A stretch of 64,000 bases of DNA, from IMG/VR virus record IMGVR_UViG_3300033073_000492, positions 1 through 64,000 of that record, one strand, 5' to 3'. Source of the stretch: a virus (Duplodnaviria > Caudoviricetes). A program made the position numbers and the translations under genes. A model generated the notes under the pieces. It saw only the letters and a program-made list of their open reading frames with translations, ran no database searches and was not told where the DNA came from. Below are positions 55,367-64,000 of this stretch, in pieces (the first letter of the stretch is position 1; each line of letters begins with the position of its first letter).

Positions 55367-58300
55367 TTATCTACTTATCTGTAGTTCAGTTGGTGTTAAT
55401 GAAGAAATGACTGTGATATCATTGGCAGTTGCGGCATTAACAAAAATCTCATATGGTGCGCTACGAATCTCATACAATTCACCAAAACTTAATTTTGGAT
55501 CGCTCGGTACTAGAACAACCGAGTTTACTAAATCGCCTATAGTGCTGTGTAAGTATGCACTTAGTTCTGAGAAATAGAATGTGTCACCAAACGTCCAGTT
55601 ATCAATACTGAAATAGTTATTAATCTCTGTGATAACAGACGATTTGATTTCGCTATCACTGGCTGTAGTACCTGATGCTTTAATAACTTTGATAGTTGCA
55701 CGTAGACTAGGATCAGCTTTAGAACCAAACAATGGCTTAAAACGAACACTGTTGAAGATTACGCTATCGGTTACCATCTTGTATTCATTTACTTTACTAT
55801 ATGTTTGATTCAATTCATTGATACTAGGTGCAATTGGTTCTGGTATCACGCCGGTTGAATCATTAATCCAACTTTGATACGCAGTATAATAACTCTGAGT
55901 CAATACATACAAGTCAATAATATTACTTGTTGCTGGATCAACACGTGAAGTGTTTCCAGAAGTATGCTTATACTGGAAGTACAATCCTTGACGACCTGTA
56001 ACTGCTGAATAGTTTGATACTTCAACAATGGACACAATGTTTTCTACCGTTGAACTTTCCACTGAGGTATAGAATTTATTTGTGGCAGGCGTGTAAAATA
56101 CTTGACCTACAGGGTACTCGTACTTGACTACTTCAATACCGGCTACAGTGCTGTATGTGTAAACTACATCTGATGTAGGTAACATTTCATATCTAGATAA
56201 CATGTTTGAATCTGTTATCTGCTTGAAGAATACAAAATATTTTCCATTTACAGTATTGTTGTACCCAGTAATTCTTTGGAAGAAGTCAGGATCCAACAAC
56301 ACATTCTTGTTGTTCAAGTCAGTAGAAGAAACTTCAATTGCATAGTCATCAACAAAACCATCGGTTTCAACATAACGTCCAACTACGTTTAACTTAGTAT
56401 CTGAAATTAATGATGAGTTGCTATCAGGCTTGCTATTTGATTTCAAAACAGTAATAGTATCTTTCATAGCTTTACCTGTCATAGGATCGAACACAACTTT
56501 ATCACCTTCAAATGTGAATCTAATATCTTTTACACTGCCAAAGAAGTATGCAACTGATTTGTACGTTACTAGATAACGGTCAGTACCTATGTTCTTAAAA
56601 TTAACAACGTAGTCAGTGTTTGGATAATCAGTAACACTCCAGCGAACTTGTGTGCTTAATATAGAATTATCAAATACTAAACTGAAACTTTGATTCAATA
56701 TTGTTCGCTGAATACATTCTTGTAAGACTACGTTTGGTATAACGTTACCAAAGCCAGGTATTACTTCTTTTGCAATTGCGCCTTCTGGTACAGGACTGCT
56801 AATAGTAATAGGACCTTTCCCAGTAGTGATGTTTCCTAAACCATTGTTATAACCATCAGTAACCACTCCCAATATAGTTGACCAGATATAAGTCTTATCA
56901 TTCTCGCCGGGGATACCTGAAATTAGTTTATTCTTAGTATTGAAGTAATAACCTGCCGGTGCAACAAACTTAATATGAGCACCTTGCGTGAAATACTTTG
57001 CAGGACTTGCACTATATGCCCCAACAGGAATTGGCAACACTGTTCCATTGTATGTTGTTTTGAAATACCCAGTAGATGATAGTGCGTTCATTGAGGTTTG
57101 ATTCCAAACAACATCAACATATGTGTTTGCGCCATATAGTTGTTTAACTTCATATCTAGGATGATTTTGGATATAATATTGAAGAACTCTGTGTTCTTGT
57201 AATACCTTTGCCAAATCTTGTGTTAAGAATGCGGCAACATCACTAGTTGTGTTAAATGTGAAGTTAAAGTACCCATCATTCTCATCTACATACAATCCAC
57301 CATCCTCGGCAAAATTGTTTGTACTTGAATATTTTGCAGTTGGATCAAGCAAATCTAAGTTACGAGAAACGCCCACTGATGAACGGTTCAATGCTTTTGA
57401 CTTAATGATAGAACTGTACAGTGTATATGGGAAGTTGTTATAATCCTCACCGTTAACCATACGATTTTGTGTGTAGTAACGAGTTGGCGCACGTTCTTTA
57501 ATACTTGCTAAACTCTCACGAGTTTGAGCATTGTTGACTGGTAAAGTTAACTCAAGTGTCAATGTCAATGTTTCGATACGATTGGTTCTACTTACATATG
57601 GGATGTTGATTGTAGTGCCTTGCAGTTCTACAGGATCGATGCTATATGTCATTGCATTACCAGAACGGACAAACGCTCTAAACATTCCGCTAGGAATTTG
57701 ACTGAATACCCCATCGCCGAATGTGTAGCTTACAGTATCGTTAAACCCTGATAACACTGAGAATACCTTTTTACTGCTACTACCTGATTGTAGATATGAA
57801 TTAGCATACACACTATCAACTTGCTGCCAAGGAGATAGATTACCAGTTACCGGATCAATTTCGTATAACCATGTATCGCTATCATTAACAAACTCGATAG
57901 GAATATTAACTAGTTGGTTACTAACTTGTTGAGTCAATGTAAAATCATAAGTCTGCAATGAACCTTGCTTAAAGTATACAAAGAAACCTGTGTTAGGACT
58001 TCCGTAACCCAAGTTATCGTTACGGTATAGCATGTTTAAAACACCATTTGGTGCTGGTGCTTGTTCGTAAATATATTCTTGGTTTAGACTTGAGGTACTA
58101 ACAACTTCAAAGCTAGTCGCTTCACCATTGATGCTAGCGGCAAACGGAATTGCAGGTGAAGTATTTGTAGGTAAGTTAATTGAGTACTCATCAGTTTTCA
58201 CCCCCAGAATCATATTTGAATGTCCCGGACGTCCTATGCGTTGAGTATTAACTAAAGCTGAGTTCAATACAGAATTGAACTGTTCTTGCCAATTTGGGTT

Positions 58301-58744
58301 GGCAGGGTCGTTCCATAGTACATTCACATTGTTAAGATACAATCCGTTGATATCTCTTACTTGTTCTGTTGTTTGGACGCTAGAAATCTTTAAATAACCC
58401 TGCCCAGCAATATTGCGCTTAGGGGTATATCCAACCAAGTTAGCTAACTTCACTACTGAATCTCTACGTTCAGCCGTATCAATGAAGTTTTCACGTGCGT
58501 TTAGGTCATCACGGAACGCAAGTGCTTGTCCCATATATGCAATGATATCCAGCAACGCAATGTATTCTGAACTTTCAGTATAATCGTTGAACGTTTCTGG
58601 ATAATTAATACGCAGATAATCAATGAAACTCTTACGCAGAGTCTCATAATCGTAACTTTGTAGGTCAGCTTGACTGAACGTTTGGTAAATTGCTTTCCAA
58701 TCGTTGACGCCGAAGATTGATGATTGTCGTGAGGATGTAGCCAT
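55367..58744 (-). CDS. baseplate wedge protein, T4 gp6-like
   Basis: QSYDYETLR...FNDYTESSEYIALLDIIAY...ENFIDTAERRDSVVKLANLVGYTPKR, and RYYTQNRMVNGEDY. Confidence 0.85.
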   Translation of the reverse strand: MATSSRQSSIFGVNDWKAIYQTFSQADLQSYDYETLRKSFIDYLRINYPETFNDYTESSEYIALLDIIAYMGQALAFRDDLNARENFIDTAERRDSVVKLANLVGYTPKRNIAGQGYLKISSVQTTEQVRDINGLYLNNVNVLWNDPANPNWQEQFNSVLNSALVNTQRIGRPGHSNMILGVKTDEYSINLPTNTSPAIPFAASINGEATSFEVVSTSSLNQEYIYEQAPAPNGVLNMLYRNDNLGYGSPNTGFFVYFKQGSLQTYDFTLTQQVSNQLVNIPIEFVNDSDTWLYEIDPVTGNLSPWQQVDSVYANSYLQSGSSSKKVFSVLSGFNDTVSYTFGDGVFSQIPSGMFRAFVRSGNAMTYSIDPVELQGTTINIPYVSRTNRIETLTLTLELTLPVNNAQTRESLASIKERAPTRYYTQNRMVNGEDYNNFPYTLYSSIIKSKALNRSSVGVSRNLDLLDPTAKYSSTNNFAEDGGLYVDENDGYFNFTFNTTSDVAAFLTQDLAKVLQEHRVLQYYIQNHPRYEVKQLYGANTYVDVVWNQTSMNALSSTGYFKTTYNGTVLPIPVGAYSASPAKYFTQGAHIKFVAPAGYYFNTKNKLISGIPGENDKTYIWSTILGVVTDGYNNGLGNITTGKGPITISSPVPEGAIAKEVIPGFGNVIPNVVLQECIQRTILNQSFSLVFDNSILSTQVRWSVTDYPNTDYVVNFKNIGTDRYLVTYKSVAYFFGSVKDIRFTFEGDKVVFDPMTGKAMKDTITVLKSNSKPDSNSSLISDTKLNVVGRYVETDGFVDDYAIEVSSTDLNNKNVLLDPDFFQRITGYNNTVNGKYFVFFKQITDSNMLSRYEMLPTSDVVYTYSTVAGIEVVKYEYPVGQVFYTPATNKFYTSVESSTVENIVSIVEVSNYSAVTGRQGLYFQYKHTSGNTSRVDPATSNIIDLYVLTQSYYTAYQSWINDSTGVIPEPIAPSINELNQTYSKVNEYKMVTDSVIFNSVRFKPLFGSKADPSLRATIKVIKASGTTASDSEIKSSVITEINNYFSIDNWTFGDTFYFSELSAYLHSTIGDLVNSVVLVPSDPKLSFGELYEIRSAPYEIFVNAATANDITVISSLTPTELQISR

Positions 58745-58791
58745 ATCTATTCTCTTTTATGTATTTATCATACATAAAAATGGCGTTTTTC

Positions 58792-59241
58792 TTAGATACC
58801 GAATGCTTTACTTGCTTGTTGGTCGAAGTAAATTGAGAGACTCTTGGCCTCGTTGAAGGGTGCTATAGCTAATTCAATTTCTAACAAAATACCGTTATCC
58901 TGAGGATATGCGTTTATTGTATTAAGAATAAGTCTAGAGTCGAGACTTGCAACTCGTCTAATCTCTGCTTGAATTTGAGCTTGGGTATCAGCAACGTTTG
59001 GTTCAAATATAAAAGACCATAATGTTGTTCCGTAACTAGGTTGTCCGGGTTTCTGCCCTACGGGGATATTCAATGCATTGACGAAATCCTGTATCACCAA
59101 TTGCTCGTCGGTTATGTTAAATTTTTTACCAGTGCCAGGTGCGCCCACCAATTGTCCTACACCACCTTCTACACCGGGTTTAACTCTAGGAGGTCTTGGT
59201 TCTCCTGTATGCTGTGTTGAAAATCCGTTGAATGTTGCCAT
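58792..59241 (-). CDS. baseplate wedge subunit, gp25/GPW-like
   Basis: DEQLVIQDFVNALNIPVGQKPGQPSYGTTLWSFIFEP...IRRVASLDSRL. Confidence 0.85.
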   Translation of the reverse strand: MATFNGFSTQHTGEPRPPRVKPGVEGGVGQLVGAPGTGKKFNITDEQLVIQDFVNALNIPVGQKPGQPSYGTTLWSFIFEPNVADTQAQIQAEIRRVASLDSRLILNTINAYPQDNGILLEIELAIAPFNEAKSLSIYFDQQASKAFGI

Positions 59242-59249
59242 AATGATAT

Positions 59250-62200
59250 TTATGCTAATTTAGACATGTCAGATTTGATAGTCTCTAGCTTCTGTGAAGC
59301 TGCCGTGTACGCACTTTGAGCAGACGTTGCTTCAGGACTATCTGGACCGAACTTCATCTTAGCATCCAAAAATTCCTTGCGTGTGGCAAAGTAGTTATCC
59401 TCTTCTGTTGAGTATTCTGCTTTTAGTTTATCATATTGTTGTGCTTCCGCTTGACTCATAATCTTAGGAGTCAATTTACCAAAATTGATTGGTGGAATCT
59501 TCGGATCACCTAATAGTGCTTTGGATTGTGCTACAACACTATCAAAACTACTTGTTGCTTCTGCTACTGTAGGTAATTTGATACCACCGATACCAGGCAA
59601 TGCTGCAATAGAAGCATTTAACTTAGAAATATCAGGTAAGTTCATACCTGCAGTAACTGCGCCCATCAATCCACCTTTTGATAAATCAAGGCTTCCGACT
59701 GCTCCAGTGATGCTGTTAGTAATACCTGATACCGAATCACTAATCTTACTAGATAATCCACTCAAGCTAGGTAGTTTGTCTTTCAATGATGAAGGGTCAA
59801 GAGATGATACCATATTCATCGCAGATGAGGCACCTGCCGGTAATCCAGCTAATCCTGCAGCGGATGCGGCAGCATCTTTACCAGTTTGTAGCATAGAACT
59901 TATACCACTTGACGTTGCTTTGCTTGCTAACATTCCTACTAATGGGTTAGCTCCTTTAGGTATTAATGATGATACTAATTCACCGGTTGCCGCGCCTGCT
60001 AATGATGCTACTGCTGGCATTGCTAATATACTAGAGGCTTTAGCTGATAACGAATCTTTCAATGACGACGGTGACGCTTTTGCAGCCAATTCACTAGCCG
60101 TACCTGCGGCACCGGCTGCCGCGGCTTCTGCGTTATCTTTATTGATAGCAGTTAAGTTCAATGGTACACCGGCTTTTAATGGTTTAAATGAATCAGTGAT
60201 GCTTGCGAATGCCCCGGCAGCAGTACCCTTTAAAGACTCCAATGGGTTTTCAGGAATTGCTGAAGTTAATGAACTTAATCCTCCGGTAACCTTATCTGCA
60301 AGGCCTGCCGCAAACTTACCACCGGCAATCAAATCTCCTGGTGAACCTAGATTCATGTTACTTAAGTCTGGCATGTCAGGTAACTTAATTCCCAACTTAT
60401 CTATTGACGCATTCTTAACCATATTGATAGTTGCGCCGATGCCAGCAGTTGCACCACTCAACACGAGTCCCAATGATTGAGTTGGACTTTCTGTACCTGA
60501 AAGTATACCAGCTGACTTCAATCCTAATTCACTCTTACCTAATAATTCTGTTTGAGCAGATACTTGCGCTCCTATATCTTTTACAAAGCCTTCTACACTC
60601 GTTATACCATCTTTTCCAGTAAACAAGTTTGTAGGAATAGCTTTTGCTAATGACATTCCACTACTAATAGCATTCTCAATAATTTTATTAGAACCCGGCT
60701 TCAATATACCAGCATCAACTAACTGTGCTGGGTTCATTGCAAATTTACCGATAGCCGCAGTTTTTGTTTCGACTACAGATTCTATCCCGCCTGTAATACC
60801 AAAGATAGCTTTTAATCCAGGGCCGCCGGCACCACCGCCTGTTGCAGTTGTTCTAGACACACGATTAGTCACAACGCCAGCACCGTTTTCAACTGCGCTT
60901 GCCGCAGGTCCGGAAGCGGCATTTGTAGCCACTTGACCCAATGCCGCTTGAGTAGTAGTCTTATCGATAGTACTTGATGCTGGGTTAGTTGCAGGAACTG
61001 TAGCTGCGATAGCAGGTGTTACTGGTGTAGTAGGGTTTTTAGGTGCGCTATTGTTTGCTGCCTGTGTAGATGCTGACGGTGCTGAGGGGAACGAGGCATC
61101 AGCACTTAAGTTAACTTTAACGTCCACCCCTTTACCAGCCATTGCCCAAGGAGCATGTGCAGGCGCACGACTTGTAATACTCTTTAGTTTACCTGGTGCT
61201 GACGCATACCCTTTTTGCTTATCGTACAATGTATCTGCATGTGCCGTAAGGTCAATGGATTTTACTGCTGCTGGAGTTAGGCCTGCGGCGCCAGTGTTCA
61301 GATTAATCTTACTACCATTAATGTATGTTGTAGAACCGCTAGCGAATGATGCTTCGCCTCCAGATGACAATGACATACCTCCATCAACTTTCACAGTATG
61401 TTTGCCCATGGTGTAACTTGCAAAGTCTGTTCCTGCTTTATATGAAGTTGTTTCTTCACTTTCTTGTATGATGTTCTTTGCTTTGATGCTTAGATTTTTG
61501 TCAGCGTGAATATTGATATTGTTATCTGCATGAAAATTAATATCACCTTGTGTTCTTACGTTGAATGAATTAGTTGAATATATATCAACAGTGCCCTCAC
61601 TGCCTAATTCGACCCAACTCTGTCCGTTAGCGTGAATGATAAACAACGTATCAGCGGTATCACTCATTAATACTTGATGTCCACCTGCAGTTCGTAAACG
61701 CATCAACTGATCCGCACCTGCTTGGTCGCCGTCATCCATCACAATAGAATGTCCGCCTCTTCTACCTGCAATTTTTAGTTTGTCGGGTGATGCTGTTTCT
61801 GCTTGTTGTTTAATATTATCGTCAGTGAATCCACCTTCATAGATAGGTCTACCCGGAGTACTAATACCAAACACTCTACTAGGACTTTCACGCATAGCAC
61901 TACTGCCAATAGTACCTCTATCCGCATCACGTAATAAACCTTGCTTGTTTAATATCGCTGCCTGATAACTATGCACAGGTCGGGCTTCACTAGAACCTTG
62001 TGTACTACCTGCAAGTTTAGGATTACCTTTGTTAATTTCACTTACTGGTAAGCGATGGGCACCACCGTAACTAGGTGCTTCACCTTCGTTAACAGTAATA
62101 TTACTTGACGCACCTAAGGCAGGGACCATATGATTGTATCCTGATTCAGGCACACAGCCAATATAGTAACCAAAGTTAGCATCACCGTTTACAAAAATAC

Positions 62201-62534
62201 AAATAACTTTTGTGCCTATGTCAGGTGGAGTAGCCCAGAAGCCATACGCATGGGGGTTACCAGTATATGACCCGTTGCCTTTGCTGTCACCTGCAGAAGG
62301 GGAGGTTGCCCCAAAGAATGGGCTCATGTAACTAACAGTTACCCAACTTTTGCTATCGTCAGATGATCCGCCACCGCCCATGTCTTCCACAAACACTTGG
62401 ATTCTACCTGATTTTTCAGGGTCTATGTTGTTTTTAACAATTCCAATCAGAGGATAGTTTCTCGTGACTGCACCACCCTTATCATTCTTAAATGATTGGG
62501 TCGTGCCACGAACTTTTGCGATATCGTCACTCAT
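59250..62534 (-). CDS. central spike protein, gp5/VgrG-like, with long Ala/Gly/Ser-rich C-terminal extension
   Basis: OB-fold N-terminus (GIVKNNIDP...GRIQV...PPDIGTKVICIFVNGD), GHSIVMDDG / RTAGGHQVLMSD, beta-helix repeats, then a ~600-aa low-complexity tail. Confidence 0.8.
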   Translation of the reverse strand: MSDDIAKVRGTTQSFKNDKGGAVTRNYPLIGIVKNNIDPEKSGRIQVFVEDMGGGGSSDDSKSWVTVSYMSPFFGATSPSAGDSKGNGSYTGNPHAYGFWATPPDIGTKVICIFVNGDANFGYYIGCVPESGYNHMVPALGASSNITVNEGEAPSYGGAHRLPVSEINKGNPKLAGSTQGSSEARPVHSYQAAILNKQGLLRDADRGTIGSSAMRESPSRVFGISTPGRPIYEGGFTDDNIKQQAETASPDKLKIAGRRGGHSIVMDDGDQAGADQLMRLRTAGGHQVLMSDTADTLFIIHANGQSWVELGSEGTVDIYSTNSFNVRTQGDINFHADNNINIHADKNLSIKAKNIIQESEETTSYKAGTDFASYTMGKHTVKVDGGMSLSSGGEASFASGSTTYINGSKINLNTGAAGLTPAAVKSIDLTAHADTLYDKQKGYASAPGKLKSITSRAPAHAPWAMAGKGVDVKVNLSADASFPSAPSASTQAANNSAPKNPTTPVTPAIAATVPATNPASSTIDKTTTQAALGQVATNAASGPAASAVENGAGVVTNRVSRTTATGGGAGGPGLKAIFGITGGIESVVETKTAAIGKFAMNPAQLVDAGILKPGSNKIIENAISSGMSLAKAIPTNLFTGKDGITSVEGFVKDIGAQVSAQTELLGKSELGLKSAGILSGTESPTQSLGLVLSGATAGIGATINMVKNASIDKLGIKLPDMPDLSNMNLGSPGDLIAGGKFAAGLADKVTGGLSSLTSAIPENPLESLKGTAAGAFASITDSFKPLKAGVPLNLTAINKDNAEAAAAGAAGTASELAAKASPSSLKDSLSAKASSILAMPAVASLAGAATGELVSSLIPKGANPLVGMLASKATSSGISSMLQTGKDAAASAAGLAGLPAGASSAMNMVSSLDPSSLKDKLPSLSGLSSKISDSVSGITNSITGAVGSLDLSKGGLMGAVTAGMNLPDISKLNASIAALPGIGGIKLPTVAEATSSFDSVVAQSKALLGDPKIPPINFGKLTPKIMSQAEAQQYDKLKAEYSTEEDNYFATRKEFLDAKMKFGPDSPEATSAQSAYTAASQKLETIKSDMSKLA

Positions 62535-62542
62535 AATTTACC

Positions 62543-64000
62543 TTATCTCTTTGGAAGCAGTGTTACTGGATCTCGTTTCCCTGCATCACGATTATATGCT
62601 TCTTGCGAACTCTTTGGCCTATTGTTGTCATCATCTCTGTGCTGTTGTGAAGAATATCCACTGCCACGGCCGCCACCTGCTTTATTGTTTGATAGATTAA
62701 CCCCAGTCCTAGCTTGTGTGTTTGCAGTTTGATTGGGGTTATCTGTTCTTCTTGGGTCATGGTCTGCGTATTCTTTTCTTGTTTTGGATCCGCCGGATTT
62801 ACCATTTTTCTTTTGACCCTTTCCTGCCTCACTGCGATTGCCCTTGTCCTTTGATGGATCTGATTTTGGTTTTTTAGCAAATGAACTCAAGTTGGTTGGC
62901 ATCATATCTAATTCTTGTGTGAATTTACCTTTACTAAATGTACTATGAATCCATTTCAAAATGAAGGTAATGCCTTTTATTGCATCTTTAACACTAGGGT
63001 CATAATCATAGAAACGTATATTTTGATTCAACGACAATGTGCCCGCCGGAGTAGTCTCGTCTCCTGCTGAATTGTAATCTGTAGCAGTCTTAAAGTCCAG
63101 TTCAATAAACACTTGGCCACCAACTGGGTTAATCGTGAAACTTTGATTATCTGTCACCGTTTTAAAAATATCATTCAAAGAAGAACTAATGTTTTGTGCC
63201 AAGTAGTCTGGATCGCCTAGAATAGTCATTTTACTTTGCGCTTGGCTTCCAGGATCATACAAGTCAACAGCTAACGCATTGACTGCTTCTGCCGCTTTAT
63301 TTTGTGCACCTGTTTGATTACCTGGTTGTGGCTTATCAACTTTAGGCAAAGCAGGAGTACTTTGATTGGGGTGTGAGCTTACACCAGTCAAAAAGTACAA
63401 ATTGTTATAGGTTTGTTCATACGATATAACTTCTTTGTTGTTTCCTGTATACCAGTATTCATATTTTTTGTGTGGTCCTGGATAGTTTGAAGTCTTGCTT
63501 ACCATTGCAGTTCTAACGAAGGGAATAGTATATTTTTGAACATAGTATGTTATCTCGTATGCATAATCGTTGAGTAACGAATCTTTACCCAAGACTTGTA
63601 CACCCGGCATAACTGAGAACCAAGAAACTTCCGCTGGATTACCGTTGACTGCTGGATCATCCTCTGACAACGCAGTTTGTATAGTACTCATCATATTCTT
63701 GACATAACTACTTTGCTTAATTATCTGTTCGATAGTTGCAACGATGTGAGTACCTGATGTGATTACTACACTCTTTTTTCCTTTGTCAGTCTTTGCTTTT
63801 GCCTCTTTACTTGGATTAGAATCTTTTGTAGATTTAGCTGTATCCATTGCAATGTTTGTTTTATACTTTGCAAAGTCTTTAGGATCTACCATCAATGCAT
63901 CACCTATTCCAGAATTTTCTTGGAACTTAATATTAAACTTATTTGCTATGATTGTAGCCTGTGTGTTCTTATTCTTAGCGGCTTCTTTCTTTCTCTTTTC
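62543..64000 (-). CDS. probable baseplate hub / tail protein, 5'-truncated by the window edge
   Basis: The frame is open to nt 64000 and directly upstream of the gp5-like gene; ILGDPDYL and HSTFSKGKFTQELDM; basic disordered C-terminus. Confidence 0.6.
   Translation of the reverse strand, partial: EKRKKEAAKNKNTQATIIANKFNIKFQENSGIGDALMVDPKDFAKYKTNIAMDTAKSTKDSNPSKEAKAKTDKGKKSVVITSGTHIVATIEQIIKQSSYVKNMMSTIQTALSEDDPAVNGNPAEVSWFSVMPGVQVLGKDSLLNDYAYEITYYVQKYTIPFVRTAMVSKTSNYPGPHKKYEYWYTGNNKEVISYEQTYNNLYFLTGVSSHPNQSTPALPKVDKPQPGNQTGAQNKAAEAVNALAVDLYDPGSQAQSKMTILGDPDYLAQNISSSLNDIFKTVTDNQSFTINPVGGQVFIELDFKTATDYNSAGDETTPAGTLSLNQNIRFYDYDPSVKDAIKGITFILKWIHSTFSKGKFTQELDMMPTNLSSFAKKPKSDPSKDKGNRSEAGKGQKKNGKSGGSKTRKEYADHDPRRTDNPNQTANTQARTGVNLSNNKAGGGRGSGYSSQQHRDDDNNRPKSSQEAYNRDAGKRDPVTLLPKR

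Noticed and set aside
59485-60480. 331-aa plus-strand ORF, and other antisense ORFs such as 4127-4540, 13508-13936 and 32433-32999
   Set aside because: They lie wholly opposite well-supported genes, lack SD and motifs, and are the expected shadows of biased (Ala/Gly/Ser-rich) codon usage.
59250-62534. T4-type tail lysozyme within the gp5-like gene
   Set aside because: No T4-lysozyme or other muramidase catalytic motif is visible between the OB fold and the beta-helix or after it.
1-64000. Full TAG reassignment (genetic code 15-like)
   Set aside because: ORFs of 1000-5200 codons are uninterrupted under the standard code and coding density is already near complete; I found only one credible internal TAG.

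Overview
A 64-kb segment of a large, AT-rich, T4-like (contractile-tailed) dsDNA phage genome. Coding is dense and almost entirely on the minus strand. The host is probably a Gram-negative betaproteobacterium (spanin pair, outer-membrane beta-barrel gene, tmRNA tag ANDESYALAA). Layout from left to right: (i) 1-6 kb: NucA-type nuclease, two-component spanins, a DegT aminotransferase and sugar epimerase, thyA and DHFR. (ii) 6-20 kb: early/accessory genes (MoxR-type AAA ATPase with a vWA-metallopeptidase, HExxH peptidase, Toprim protein, B12-type radical SAM, QueC-like protein, rubrerythrin plus rubredoxin, a beta-barrel), one tRNA and a tmRNA. (iii) 20-36.6 kb: a 16-kb sugar-modification cluster (GT-like proteins, carbamoyltransferase, two radical SAM paralogues, three SGNH-like proteins, 2OG-Fe(II) oxygenase, RmlB). 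(iv) 36.7-64 kb: tail/baseplate module including a 5223-aa protein and gp6-, gp25- and gp5/VgrG-like genes. The most unusual signals concern translation. A tRNA reads best with a CUA (amber) anticodon. A nearby gene has a strong SD and ATG followed by an in-frame TAG at codon 6. None of the 66 CDSs called here ends in TAG. The tmRNA gene is circularly permuted (two-piece), and its intervening segment is filled by a 62-aa ORF. About a dozen genes have a promoter -10 element only 4-6 nt before the ATG, suggesting leaderless mRNAs. All product calls come from motifs read by eye; no database searches were run.
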